This document shows positions 20,855 to 32,593 of a DNA stretch of 64,000 bases, one piece after another. Position numbers and translations under genes: made by a program. How positions within the stretch are numbered: the first letter of the stretch is position 1; every line of letters starts with the position of its first letter. The stretch comes from an uncultured delta proteobacterium. Lineage in GTDB: Bacteria; Desulfobacterota; BSN033; UBA1163. The stretch covers positions 256,001 to 320,000 of the forward strand of contig CAVPSJ010000014.1 in NCBI GenBank assembly GCA_963708295.1. The letters are read 5' to 3'. The notes beneath the pieces were generated by a model. That model was not told where the DNA came from. It did no database searches and worked only from the letters and a program-made list of their open reading frames with translations.

Positions 20855-21449
20855 ATGCAATCCACGGATGAAATAAACGAAGACATCCTTGTTCTGGGAT
20901 GCGGAAATATCCTTTTCGGTGATGACGGCTTCGGATCTTCCGTGGCGGAGCATCTCCAAAGCTGTAGCCTTCTCCCGGAGAATGTCTCGGTCATCAATGC
21001 AGGAACAAGCGTGAGAGAAATTCTCTTTGATCTTATCCTCAGCGAGCAGAGGCCCAGAAGAGTCATCGTCATCGATGCCGTCGACGCAAAAAGGAGGCCG
21101 GGAGAGATATTCAGAATCGATCTCGACGAGATTGCCGAAAAATAAGATCGATGACTTCACCCTTCATGAGATGCCCACTTCAAATCTGCTGAGGGAGTTG
21201 AGAGATTTCTGTCATGTTGAAGTGGTCATCATCGCCGGCCAGGTCGAGTCCATCCCGGAAGCGGTCAGGCCGGGGTTGTCGGAGGCGTTAGCCAGAAGCG
21301 TGCCTGTTGCCGTAGAGGAAGTCTTGAAATTGTGTCACGAACCGTGCGGAAACCCTGCGAGATCAAGTTCGGAGGGGGATTGTTCCACGAGGGAGAATAC
21401 AAGAGTTTCTGGATTCAGAGGAGTGACCATCAGAAAGGAGTGGCAGTAA
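20855..21449 (+). CDS. Hydrogenase maturation protease (HyaD/FrhD family); frameshift near 21140
   Basis: VLGCGNILFGDDGFG, VIVIDAVD, TLHEMP, GLSEAL. Confidence 0.9.
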
Positions 21450-22601
21450 TGAGTTATGATTGCGACCCGACACTGCTGGCTGAAGTTCGGAAATATGGGA
21501 AAGTTTGACGTGGCAGGTTGTTTTAACTGTGGGAGCTGCGTCCTGAGCTGCGATCTGGCAGGAGATCATGCCTCCTTTCCAAGGAGGTCGACCCGCCACG
21601 TATTGATGGGCCTGAGAAAACTCCTTAACGAGAGCCTGGACCCATGGATCTGTCACGACTGTGGCGACTGTGCGACTGTCTGCCCCCGACAGACAGAGCC
21701 TCGGAAGTCGATGAAGACGCTGCGACGCTATCTGGCTTCGGTTTACGACTGGACAGGGATTGCAGCCAAGATCAACAGCTCCAAGGCTTGGCACATCGGG
21801 ACCCTTGCGTTCGTGGCAATTCTGGTGCTGGTGCTCATCGGCCTTTACCATGTCTACGTTGTGAAAATGCCTCTTTATGGATTTTGCTTCAACCTCCATG
21901 GGGTTGGAGCACATGTTTCCCTTGATGACCTACTTCACCCTGGTGGTGATCCTCTTCCCTCTGTTGATCCTGATGACCAACGCCTTTCGCATGTACCTCT
22001 TCACCGTCCACCGGAAGGAGATCATCAAGACACCCCCTTCCCAGTGGCTTATCGAAGCCAAGATATTTCATGCTCCACTTCTTCACTTACAAAAAGATGG
22101 CGGAATGTCCGACCGAAAAGGGTCGATGGTTCAAGCACATGTTCCTCGCTTCCGGATGCCTGGGCATGCTCGTTCTGCTTGTCTTCTGGGTGAGATGGTT
22201 TCAAACCGATAAGATCTATCCCGTTTACTCACCCCCAGCGATGGATCGGCTATGTCGCTGCGGCCTTTCTGATCTTTGGCACGGTTGACATTCTGGTCGG
22301 CCGCCTCAAGAAAGAGAAGGAGATCCACAAGACCTCCGATTTCAGGGATTGGACGTTTCCGATCTTGCTGCTGGCAACGACGGTGAGCGGAATCGTGGTC
22401 CACATCCTCAGGGTTTCCGGACTTGAGCTGGCCACCCATTACAGCTACGCCATTCACATAATGATCTCTGTCCCCATGCTGGTCATTGAAATGCCTTTCG
22501 GAAAATGGACCCATATGATCTACCGTCCGTTGGCCCTTTACTTTCAATCACTCAAGAGAGAGGACCCTGGAGCAGCAGGTGTCCTCGGAGGGGGTTCCTG
22601 A
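21449..22601 (+). CDS. QmoC-like subunit (N-terminal 2x[4Fe-4S], C-terminal membrane heme-b domain); several frameshifts
   Basis: CFNCGSCVLSC, PWICHDCGDCATVCPR, TM segments with His, MPFGKWTHMIYRPLA. Confidence 0.8.
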
Positions 22602-22603
22602 GT

Positions 22604-25600
22604 ATGTCACCTCATGAAACTCAAGACGAAAAAGGTTGGCGCAGCATTCATCGTCGGCGGCGGAATCGGCGGGATGCAGGCTGCCCTCGACCTGGCGGCG
22701 TGCGGCATCAAGGTCTATCTCGCCGAGAACAAGCCTTCGATCGGCGGCGTCATGTCTCAACTGGACAAGACCTTTCCCACCAATGATTGTGCCATGTGTA
22801 CCCAGGCGCCCGAGGCTGGTCGAGATCGGCAGGCACAAGGATATTGAGATCCTTTCCCTGAGTGAGGTGGAAAGCGTGAAGGGAGAGCCGGGAAATTTCC
22901 AGGTCACCCTCAGGAAAAGGCCCCGCTATGTGGATATCAACAAGTGCACCGGGTGTGGTCTCTGTTTCCCCAGTTGTCCGGTCGTCATGAAGAATGAGTT
23001 CGATCTCGGATTATCGGAACGGAAAGCGATCTACACCCTCTTTCCTCAGGCTGTGCCGAACAAGGCGGCGATCGACAAGCGGGAGGAGCGCCCCTGCAAG
23101 GCCGCTTGCATGGATCGCTGCCCTGTCCATACCAACGTGCTCGGTTATGTCAAGCTCATTGCCGAAGGCAAGTTCCAGGAAGCCTATCAGATGAACCGGC
23201 ATGTCAATCCCCTTCCCTCTGTCTGCGGCAGGGTCTGTTACGCCCCGTGCGAGGAGGCCTGCAACCGGGGACAACTGGAAGAACCGATCGCCATTCGCCA
23301 ACTGAAGATGTTCGTTGCCGATCAGGTCAATATCGATGAACTTCCCGTTCCCCAGATCACAAAAACGGGCAAGAAGGTGGCCGTCATCGGCGCCGGACCC
23401 GGCCGGTCTGGCGGCGGCCAACGATCTCGCGTTGGAGGGACATGAGGTCACCATCTTCGAAGCCCAGCCGGAACCCGGAGGCATGCTGCGTTACGGCATT
23501 CCTGAATACCGGCTGCCCAAAGAGACACTGGGCAAGGAGATCAACTACATCCAGAAACTTGGGGTGGAGATCAAGACCGGCGTTCGAGGTGGGCAAAGAC
23601 ATCTCCCTTGGCGATATCCAGAAGGATCACCAGGCCGTTTTCATCGGAGTCGGCGCCCAGGGAGGCATGAAATTAGAAGCAGAAGGATCGGACCTTCCGG
23701 GCGTGACGGATGGAATCAAGTTCCTTCAGGCCGTCAACCTGGGTGAGAAGGTTCAGGTCGGGAAGAAGGTCGCCGTCATCGGGGGAGGGAATACGGCCAT
23801 TGACTGCGCCCGGACAGCCAAACGCCTGGGAGCGGGAGGAGGTGAGGATTGTCTACCGTCGCTCCCGTGCCGAAATGCCCGCTTCGGAAGAAGAGATCGA
23901 GGCTGTGGAGAAAGAAGGGATTAAGATCGATTATCTGACCTTGCCCAAACGATTCTTCTCCGAAGGCGGAAGACTTTCAGGAATGGAGTGCATCGGGATG
24001 ACGCTCGGCGACCCGGATGCCAGCGGCCGGCGTCGGCCGATTCCTGTTCCTGGTTCTGAAGCCACCGTGTCGGTGGACACCGTGATCGCTGCCCTCGGAC
24101 AAGTGACACAGGTTGAGTTCTTGAAAGAACTGGGGGTATCTCTGACCAAAAACGGCACGGTCGAAATTGATCCAAAGACAGGGGCGACGAACATCGAAGG
24201 GATATTTGCGGGTGGAGACGTTGTCACAGGAGCGGCTTATGTCATCGATGCCATTGCAGCGGGGAAAAGAGCCGCACGTTCGATCAGCCGGTATCTGAAG
24301 GGTGAACCGATCGAGATCGCGGAGGAGGAGAAACAACCTGAAAAACTGACCGAGAAGGAAGTCGCTGCCTTGAAACAGCGTTTTCCTTCTCAAAAGCGGG
24401 TGGAGATGGGAGAAGTCCCTGTAGCGAAGAGGATCAACAACTTCCAGGAGGTGGCCCTGGGGTTCAAGCCTCAGGAAGCCGTTGCAGAAGCGATGCGGTG
24501 TCTGGCGGGTCAGATTGAGGGATGCATCGAATGCGGCGAGTGCGAACGGCGTTGCGAGGCCAAGGCCATCGATTATGGGCAGAAAGAAGAAAACATTGAA
24601 TTGAACGTGGGCGCGATCATTCTGTCCCCCGGATACGAGCTTTTTGACGCAAAAGCCAAACCGGAATTCGGTTACGGCCGTTTTCCGAATGTCGTCAGCG
24701 CCATCGAATTTGAGAGAATCCTCTCCGCTTCAGGGCCCTATTCCGGAAAAGTGTTGAGACCTTCCGACAAGAAGGTCCCCAAACGGATCGCCTTCATTCA
24801 GTGTGTCGGGTCCCGAGATTCTGAAAGGGATTATCTGTTCCTCCATCTGCTGCATGTATGCGACGAAGGAGGCCATCATCGCCAAGGAACATGCCGGGTG
24901 AGGATTTGCAGTGTGACGTATTCTTGATGGACATGCGGGCCTTCAGCAAGGGATTCGAGGAATATTATGAAAGGGCAAAGCAACTCGGGGTAAACTACAT
25001 CCGGTGTCGTCCGGCCTCCAGTTGAAGAGAGACCTGAAACCCGGAATCTCGTCATTCAATACCTGATTGAAGACGAGAAGAAGGTCTCCCGGGAATACGA
25101 TATGGTGGTTCTGTCCACCGGCGTGCAGCCCCCGCAGGATGCGGACAGAATTTCCAAAACCTTCGGAATGGATTTGAATGAGTATCATTTCTGCAAGACC
25201 TCGACGTTTCGGCCGGTCGAATCCAATCGGGAGGGGATCTATGTCGCCGGACCCTTCGCGGAACCGAAGGATATCCCCGAAACGGTCATGGAGGCATCGG
25301 GCGCGGCATCAAAGGTTCTATCGCTTCTGAAGGACGTCAGGGGCAGTCTGATCGTGCAGAAAGAATTTCCCCCGGAGAGAGACGTCACGGGCGAGGATCC
25401 GAGAATCGGGGTCTTTGTCTGCCATTGCGGGTCGAATATCGGCGGATTTGTCAATGTTCCGGACGTGGTTGAATACGCAAAGACCCTTCCGAATGTGGTC
25501 TATGCAGAGAATAATCTCTACACCTGCTCAAACGATACGCAGGAAAAGATCAAAGAAAAAATAGAAGAGCATCGCTTAAACCGCGTGGTCGTTGCCTCAT

Positions 25601-27105
25601 GCACCCCTCGAACCCATGAACCTCTTTTCAGAAACACCCTCCGGGAGGCGGGGCTCAACCCTTACCTCTTTGAGATGGCGAACATCAGAGACCAGTGTTC
25701 CTGGGTGCATATGCACGAACACGAAAAGGCCACCCTCAAATCAAAGGACCTGGTGAGAATGGCCGTCGCAAAGGCAAGGCTTCTCGAACCCCTTCAGACA
25801 AGGTCGGTTCCCATCACGAAATCGGCCCTTGTCATCGGCGCTGGACTTTCCGGAATGACCTCTGCCCTGGGACTGGCCAATCAGGGTTTTGATGTCTATC
25901 TGGTGGAGAGGGAAAAAGAGATTGGGCGGCCACCTCAGGAATATCCATTACCTGATCGACGGGACAAAACTTCACGAGGAATTCAGATCGCTCAGGAAAC
26001 AGGTGAAAGGAGAATAACAGGATTCATCTATTTACGCAGGCGAAAATCGAAAAGATCGAAGGCTCCATCGGCCATTTCAAGACAAAGATCGCGATGAACG
26101 GGACATCCAAGGAATTCGAGCACGGAACGGTCATTGTCGCAACGGGTGCAAAGGAGTATCAGCCCAAGGAATATCTGTATGGAGAGGATGAAAGGGTCAT
26201 GACACAACTGGAACTGGAGCGACGGCTGGTCGTGGTTGATGACTTTATTTCATCGCCCGGGAAAGGGCCCCGGAACCGTCGTCATGATTCAATGCGTGGG
26301 CTCCCGCGATGACGAAAGGCCCTACTGCTCGAGGTTATGCTGCACCGAAGCGGTGAAGAATGCTCTGAAAATAAAAGAACTCTCTCCGACGAGCAATGTC
26401 TACGTTCTCTACCGGGACGTAAGAACGTATGGATTTAAAGAAAGCTATTACACGAAAGCAAGACAGCAAGGGGTCGTGTTCATCAGATACGATAAGGATA
26501 AGAAACCGGAGGTTTCAAAAAATGGGAAGGCATTAAAGGTTCATGTCTATGACCAGACGCTGGGAATTCCGGTCGACGATCTCCGCCAATCTGGTCGTGC
26601 TGTCGGCAGGGATCGTTCCAAACGAGGACAGCAAGACCATCGCCCAATTCTTGAAAATCCCGTTGAACAAAGATGGGTTCTTCCTCGAGGCCCATATGAA
26701 ATTACGGCCCATCGATTTTGCCACCGACGGAGTCTTCCTGGCCGGCATGGCTCACTTCCCGAAAGCCATCGAAGAGAGCATCGTCCAGGCCCAGGCCGCA
26801 TCCGCAAGAGCGGCCACCGTCCTTTCAAAGGATCGTATCGAGCTGGAAGGGAATATCTCCTTCGTGGTGGATGAGAACTGCGACGGCTGCGCCTACTGCG
26901 TGGATACCTGTCCTTACAAAGCGATTACGTTGTTGGAATACATGAGAGGAGGATGCCGTCAAGAAGACGGTTGAAGTGAATGAGACGGTGTGCAAGGGCT
27001 GCGGGTGCTGCATGGCCACCTGTCCGAAGAAAGGGAATATTTGTGAAGGGATTTAAATTGGAACAGATCTCGGCTCAAGTCAATGCTGCCTTGGGGGTGG
27101 AATGA
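22604..27105 (+). CDS. hdrA: Large HdrA-family flavoprotein with inserted GltD-like NAD(P)-binding oxidoreductase module (HdrL-like); many frameshifts; start at 22604 or 22614
   Basis: [75 protein letters not shown] twice, [35 protein letters not shown], terminal CKGCGCC..CP. Confidence 0.88.
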
Positions 27106-27520
27106 TGAACGAAACATTTTGATCCTTTGATCATCGGTTTTTGCTGCAATTGGTGTTCCTATGCTGGAGCGGATCTGGCAGGCGTTTCCAGGATTCAGTA
27201 TCCGACGAGCTTAAGAATCGTCAGGGTGATGTGCTCGGGCATGGTCCATCCCGAACCTGGTGATCGATGCCCTGACCAAGGGGGCCGACGGGGTCTTGAT
27301 CTGCGGATGTCACATCGGGGACTGCCATTACCAGGAAGGCAATTTGAAGGCGGAAAAGAGGGCCGAGGCCATAAGACTGATGTTGGAGGATTTCGGGATT
27401 GAGAACGAAAGATTCAGATTGGAATGGGTTTCCGCGGCCGAGGGCCCGAGGTTCGCCCAGGTGGTTCAGGAATTCACGGAACAGGTAAAGCAATTAGGGC
27501 CCAGTTCGTACAAGACGTAA
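27105..27520 (+). CDS. mvhD: [2Fe-2S] subunit MvhD; frameshifts near 27120 and 27253
   Basis: [49 protein letters not shown]. Confidence 0.93.
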
Positions 27521-27716
27521 GCGGGAATGTTTACTCATCCTTCGCCTCCAGTCCAGATCCGGTCAAAATCGACGAGATTGAGAAGTTTCGTAAGGACTCA
27601 GATTGTCATCCCTAAAAATGTTGATACGATGACTTCAGCAGTAAGAAATACATCTGTAATATGCGTTTAATCCATCGATAATATTCTTAACTTCTCTCCG
27701 ACGAAACTGACTCTTT

Positions 27717-28199
27717 ATGGGGGGGAAAAGGGTGAAGATATTATCTGTAGTTATTCTTGCTGGTTTTTTTATGCTTTTTATTTTGACTTCCCCACAAGCA
27801 GAAGGACCGAATTGGAAATTATACTGCACGTCAGATGATATTTTGTATCTCTATGATGCAAGAAGCATGACCAAGTCTAAGGGTATTCTAAAAGTCTCGG
27901 AAAAATCAGTTGCCCGAGAGACAAAACAGTATAATTATCCCCAAGCACTTATAAAGATCGAAAAAGAGGGTTCTGGCAAAATGAATGACGAATTACGTAA
28001 AAGGACGATAGATGGGTTGGCGCTTCAGGTAACCAGACGTTTATATGAAATTAGATGCTCCCTCAAAACGTATCGAATGATTACAGGGATGAAGTATGAC
28101 AATGAGGGGATTTTGATCGATAGTGTCACATCTCTGAAATGGCAAAGCATTGAACCTGGCTCAATCATTGAAAGACTCTATAATGAAGTTTGCCATTAA
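27717..28199 (+). CDS. Exported hypothetical protein (AT-rich)
   Basis: Hydrophobic signal-like N-terminus, 160-aa ORF. Confidence 0.7.
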   Translation: MGGKRVKILSVVILAGFFMLFILTSPQAEGPNWKLYCTSDDILYLYDARSMTKSKGILKVSEKSVARETKQYNYPQALIKIEKEGSGKMNDELRKRTIDGLALQVTRRLYEIRCSLKTYRMITGMKYDNEGILIDSVTSLKWQSIEPGSIIERLYNEVCH

Positions 28200-28449
28200 A
28201 ATGCATGATAGTTTGAACAAACTGAAACGTTGATGGATCAGATTTCACTTTCTTTCTTCCTTCCCTGGACCCGCTAACCTTTGCACCATTGCTTAAGAAT
28301 TCTTCCCATGTCTTGCCTGTGAAGAGGTCTCACCCATATTTTCTCCCCGCCATGACTTATCTCCTAATGTGCAGAAGTGGGTACAGGAGGCTTGACACCC
28401 AATCGCAGTGTGCTAAATCAGGAACGGGGTATCAATGAGGATCGGAGAC

Positions 28450-28520
28450 AGCTTAGGGAAAAGAGCTTAGGAAAAAGCTTGGGAAAAAAACATTGACATC
28501 CAGAGGGGCCTGTGGTATTC
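28450..28520 (+). promoter_or_regulatory. Triple AGCTTrGG repeat abutting a TTGACA -35 box
   Basis: AGCTTAGGGAAAAG AGCTTAGGAAAA AGCTTGGGAAAA then TTGACA at 28493. Confidence 0.4.
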
Positions 28521-28547
28521 AGGTTTCCATCCTTAGTAAGGCGGGGA

Positions 28548-29129
28548 ATGAGTATGGACCTGGAGACAAAGGAATATTTGGAAAGAATATTACTGGGCGT
28601 GGTCAACAAAGAGGACATGGAGAAGTTGAGGCAGGAAATGAAGTCAAATTTCCGTCAATTAAAGGAGGAGAATAAGAATCAGGCCCTTGAATGGAGACAG
28701 GAAGTAAAGGCCGAGCTTGAGCAATTGAGAAAGGGTGGTGCGGGGGAACCCGATCCGATCCGGAAAGAATTCAGAGATGGAATCAAGGAACTCAAGGCCG
28801 AGACTCAGTCTGCCCTTGATCAACCCATCCAGAAATTAGAGACTTTTCTTCAGGACCTGAAGGAGGAAAGAGAAGCCCCTTCGGCCGGTGCCAGCGAAGG
28901 GTTCCGCACCGATGTGAGTGGATTGAAGGATGGAATAGAGAGTCTGAGAGAAGGGATCAAGGAAGTCACGGAGGAGATCCTCTACATCAAAGAGAAGATG
29001 AAGGACGGTTTTGTTGAAGTCCAGACGGAATTGGGTTCGATGATAAGATTCTCTTATGCAGATCTGGAGAGGAAATTTAGCGCCTTGGAGGCCAGAATCA
29101 AGGCCCTGGAGAAAATGGTTTTTCCCTGA
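28548..29129 (+). CDS. Coiled-coil hypothetical protein
   Basis: Heptad-rich E/K/L sequence, GGGG purine RBS upstream. Confidence 0.75.
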   Translation: MSMDLETKEYLERILLGVVNKEDMEKLRQEMKSNFRQLKEENKNQALEWRQEVKAELEQLRKGGAGEPDPIRKEFRDGIKELKAETQSALDQPIQKLETFLQDLKEEREAPSAGASEGFRTDVSGLKDGIESLREGIKEVTEEILYIKEKMKDGFVEVQTELGSMIRFSYADLERKFSALEARIKALEKMVFP

Positions 29130-29152
29130 TACGTTACTAAATTTGCATCTCA

Positions 29153-29350
29153 GGATCCCTCCCTGTGGACGGGGGTGAAAGATGCGTTTGCTGAAAACAA
29201 AAAGTAAGCAAGCCAGATGCTGAAACCAGTTCAGCATGACAAAACGGGTTGGTACGGGTCTTCTTGTCATCCCGAACTTGTTTCGGGATCTCGTATTCTG
29301 GTTTATGAATGTAGGTTTAGACGGCCCACCCTGCAGACGGGGTTTTTCAC
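29153..29350 (+). mobile_element. ~200-bp composite palindromic element (family C, copy 1)
   Basis: Internal AGATGCTGAAACCAGTTCAGCATGAC / GTCATCCCGAACTTGTTTCGGGATCT pair between GC hairpins; homolog at 63378-63573. Confidence 0.8.
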
Positions 29351-30010
29351 TTCCCGCTTTTCTCCTTATATCCTCCTGCGAAGGTAATGACACAGATGGT
29401 CCTGTAAGTGGGGTGACGGCCGAAGGCCACTCCGATCACGCGAAAATCCGGGTTGAAGATATCTTTTCTGTGCCCCCGATTCGAGACCCCGTCGTCTACG
29501 ATTAAAAACGCCACGATATTTCGAGCTTTGCCACTGCCGCAGGCGATACTTTCGGCAATGCTTTTCTCCCAGGCCCCGTAGCGATTGACTCTGTCCCAGA
29601 CCTGGCTTCCGTCGCTCCCCTTGTGTTGAGTGGAGCCTGATGATCCTTGATCCGTGACATGATCCCTGGCTCCCAGGGACATCCCTTTCGATGCGTTAAG
29701 GGGAAAGATAGGTTTGACAGAGCGCAGGTAACGAACGGCCTCGACCACTGCCTTCGCTCCTTCTTTTGTCAGGATGGGAGTCTCTCCGGGAAGTTTCAGG
29801 AGTTTTTTATCATAATACTTCTTATATCCTTCAAGAAGCGAAGCATAGTCTTTAGGAGCCGTTCGGGCCTTGTTGATCTCATCAACCACGGCATTTTCCA
29901 AAGGCGAAAGGGGATTGGCTTTTTCATTGGCACTGGACCGAGGGGTTCCGACAAGGGGGCTAAACAAGAGAATCAGGAGGATAATCGATGAAAACTCGGA
30001 AGACAACATT
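29347..30010 (-). CDS. CAP (SCP-like) domain exported protein
   Basis: EINKARTAP, ARDH..DQG, HKGSDGS, RVNRYG, DDGV..RGHRKDIF, IGVAFG.H; start uncertain. Confidence 0.85.
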
Positions 30011-30082
30011 GTTTTCCCGAATTTTCTTCGTTTCCCATCCAAGACAGAATGAGGAGAGCGAAGGATATTCATAGGAAAGCCT

Positions 30083-30580
30083 TTATCTCCGGCTGGATTC
30101 TCTGAAGAGGCGTTTTGCCTTCAGAAGGTATTCGATGTCCTGTTCATCTTTTACATTTGGTTTCCTGATCTTCTTAAGGCGGATGAGATCGTCAATGGAT
30201 GGAATTCGAAAGCTGAAATCCTCTTTTGGGTCCTTTTTCAGGATGGAATGGTCGTAGCAATCTTCAAACTCAATCGTCTCGTGATCGACGTTTCTGACAC
30301 TTCTTTGGAAGAATAGATCAAATTTTCTTAGTCCGGAAAAAGCGCTTACCACGGGTTTTTTCGTGTCGGGAGAATGAGAAATCTCTAAGCCGAGTTTATC
30401 CAGAAGCAAAGAAAGAACCCTTTTCTTGTCTTCCGGATGAATCCAGAGATCCGTGTCGGCTGTGAGAACTGGCCCCCCGTAAAGGATCACGGCACGACGT
30501 CCGATAATTAAATAACGGATTTTTCCCCGATTCAGCTCTCGAATCAACTTCAAAAAGCTAACTTCTTTTTCCGGTTCCAT
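30083..30580 (-). CDS. Nucleotidyltransferase-fold protein
   Basis: YLIIGRRAV..YG..LTADTDLW, IDDLIRLKK, KDEQDIEYL. Confidence 0.75.
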   Translation of the reverse strand: MEPEKEVSFLKLIRELNRGKIRYLIIGRRAVILYGGPVLTADTDLWIHPEDKKRVLSLLLDKLGLEISHSPDTKKPVVSAFSGLRKFDLFFQRSVRNVDHETIEFEDCYDHSILKKDPKEDFSFRIPSIDDLIRLKKIRKPNVKDEQDIEYLLKAKRLFRESSRR

Positions 30581-30761
30581 GTTCTTTCAGACCAAACTTT
30601 TTGATGAACAACTGAATTTCTTCCCACTCTCGATCGATATGATTTAACCTTTCAACGGGAGAAAACTTGGAAAACCAGAGAAGATCCTCGGCCAACTGCC
30701 GCTGCCGCCACAAGGGGATATCCTTGAGGGATCTCGGGTATGTGATCTTTTTTGAAGCCAT
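30558..30761 (-). CDS. Small protein coupled to the nucleotidyltransferase (putative TA partner)
   Basis: 67 aa, GGAGAGG RBS, overlaps the downstream gene, SPVERL motif. Confidence 0.65.
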   Translation of the reverse strand: MASKKITYPRSLKDIPLWRQRQLAEDLLWFSKFSPVERLNHIDREWEEIQLFIKKFGLKEHGTGKRS

Positions 30762-30848
30762 TACCTCTCCTTCAATTCAGGCAAGTTTATCATGTTTGGC
30801 AGGAATTTTGAACAAAAAAGGGCAGATCGTGGCCCATTCGATATTTCC

Positions 30849-31781
30849 TTAGAATAACGCCTCTACGAAATCCGTGGCGTTAAATTCCTTCAAATCGTCG
30901 ATTCCTTCGCCCACGCCGATATACCGAATTGGAATGTTCAGCTCTTCTGTGATTCCGATAATGATTCCTCCCTTGGCTGTTCCGTCGAGCTTGGTGAGGG
31001 CGATGCCTGTCACACCGATCGCCTCGTTGAAAAGTTTCGCCTGGGAGATGGCGTTCTGGCCGGTGGTGGCGTCAAGAACGAGGAGGATCTCATGAGGGGC
31101 CCCCGGACATTCCCGGCTGACGATTCGTTTTATCTTCTTGAGCTCTTCCATCAGATTAACCTTGGTTTGAAGCCTGCCCGCCGTATCGATGAAGACGAGA
31201 TCCGTCTCCCTGGCCTTGGCTGCGTGGATGGCGTCGAAAGCCACAGCGGAAGGGTCCGATCCTTTTGATTGTTTGATCAGATCGGCGCCGACCCGATTGG
31301 CCCAGACCTCAAGCTGCTCCACCGCAGCCGCCCTGAAGGTATCCGCGGCGCCGACCAAGACTTTTTTCCCTTGCGATGAAAACTGATTGGCAATCTTTCC
31401 AATGGTGGTCGTTTTACCGCCTCCATTGACCCCGACCACCATCATGACGAAGGGCTTCGCCTGAGAGAAGTCGATGGAGAGAGGTTTCTCGCCTGATTTC
31501 AGGATTTGAAGAATTTCTTGCTTAATAAAATCTTTTACCTTCTGGGGTTCCTGAAGCTCTCCTCTTTTGAGCCCCTGACGGACGCCTTCGATCAATTGGC
31601 TGGATGTCTTCACTCCCAAATCGGCCTCAAAAAGAAGACCTTCCAATTCGTCCAGGACATCCTGGTCAATGGTCTTCTTTCCCAGGAAGAGCTGATCGAT
31701 CTTCTCGACAAACCCCTGATGGGTTTTCGAAAGGCCCTTTTTTAATTTCTCAAAAAAATTCCACATTAAATTTTCTCCCAA
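30849..31781 (-). CDS. ftsY: SRP receptor FtsY
   Basis: [42 protein letters not shown]. Confidence 0.97.
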   Translation of the reverse strand: MGENLMWNFFEKLKKGLSKTHQGFVEKIDQLFLGKKTIDQDVLDELEGLLFEADLGVKTSSQLIEGVRQGLKRGELQEPQKVKDFIKQEILQILKSGEKPLSIDFSQAKPFVMMVVGVNGGGKTTTIGKIANQFSSQGKKVLVGAADTFRAAAVEQLEVWANRVGADLIKQSKGSDPSAVAFDAIHAAKARETDLVFIDTAGRLQTKVNLMEELKKIKRIVSRECPGAPHEILLVLDATTGQNAISQAKLFNEAIGVTGIALTKLDGTAKGGIIIGITEELNIPIRYIGVGEGIDDLKEFNATDFVEALF

Positions 31782-31852
31782 CCTGCTTATGTTTCTTAAT
31801 ATCTATCACCCCCATAGGATAAAATCAAATCTGTTGCCAACCTTTTTTTGAT

Positions 31853-31892
31853 TTGACAAAGTCGTATAACGATATTAAGATAACGTATAACC
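31853..31892 (+). promoter_or_regulatory. TA promoter with repeated operator
   Basis: TTGACA-N17-TAAGAT overlapped by two CGTATAAC repeats. Confidence 0.5.
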
Positions 31893-31910
31893 ATTTTTGG
31901 AGGTTACAGC

Positions 31911-32147
31911 ATGGGAACAAAAGTGAAAGTAGGTCCGAAGTATCAGGTGGTCATCCCGCAAACGGTCCGGAAGAAGGTTGCCATCTCCCCCAAGAAAGAA
32001 GTGATGGTGGAAGAAGTGAATGGGGCAATCATTATTCTTCCCCAGCCCAAGTCCTTTACGGAATTCATGTTCGGGTTGGGAAAAGAGGCATGGGAAGGCA
32101 TTGATCCCAAGGCCTACGTTAAGAAAGAGAGGGCTCACTGGAAATGA
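31911..32147 (+). CDS. AbrB/MazE/SpoVT-family antitoxin
   Basis: KVGPKYQVVIP..VRK motif; ATGA overlap with the PIN gene. Confidence 0.88.
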   Translation: MGTKVKVGPKYQVVIPQTVRKKVAISPKKEVMVEEVNGAIIILPQPKSFTEFMFGLGKEAWEGIDPKAYVKKERAHWK

Positions 32148-32593
32148 CCTCTCTTCTCAGGGAGCTGAGGAATCGGTCGGTGGCCCTGGACACCATGATC
32201 TTCATCTACGCCTTCGAGGACCACCCCGTCTATCAGGCAATCTTGAAGAGCTTCTTTCGTGCTCTGGAAAAGGGCGAGATGAACGCCGTTACGAGCACTC
32301 TCACCATTACAGAATGCCTGGTCCAACCCTATCGAAAAAAGAACTTTGCCTTATCCGCTCAATATCTGGTCCTGTTTCGTAATTTTCCCAACCTTTCGAT
32401 CATACCCTTGACCGATGATATCGCCGAGAGGGCTGCCTTTCTCAGAGCCCAGCACAATCTCAGAACGCCGGATGCCGTTCAACTGGCCACCGCGCTTGTT
32501 TCCGGATGTCATGCCTTTCTTACAAATGACGATAGGTTCCTGGTTGCCGAAGGTATCCGGGTTCTTGTCTTAGATCAATTACATGGAAAATAG
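32144..32593 (+). CDS. vapC: PIN-domain toxin (VapC family)
   Basis: LDTMIFIY, TITECL, LRTPDAVQLATA, FLTND. Confidence 0.9.
   Translation: MTSLLRELRNRSVALDTMIFIYAFEDHPVYQAILKSFFRALEKGEMNAVTSTLTITECLVQPYRKKNFALSAQYLVLFRNFPNLSIIPLTDDIAERAAFLRAQHNLRTPDAVQLATALVSGCHAFLTNDDRFLVAEGIRVLVLDQLHGK

Noticed and set aside
22780-27170. Selenocysteine in HdrA (NDCAMC) or MvhD (CNWC)
   Set aside because: These positions are TGT/TGC Cys codons; the ORF breaks are frameshifts, not UGA
21027-27300. Programmed ribosomal frameshifting as the cause of split genes
   Set aside because: Too many sites, no shared slippery motif or stimulatory structure; assembly indels explain them more simply
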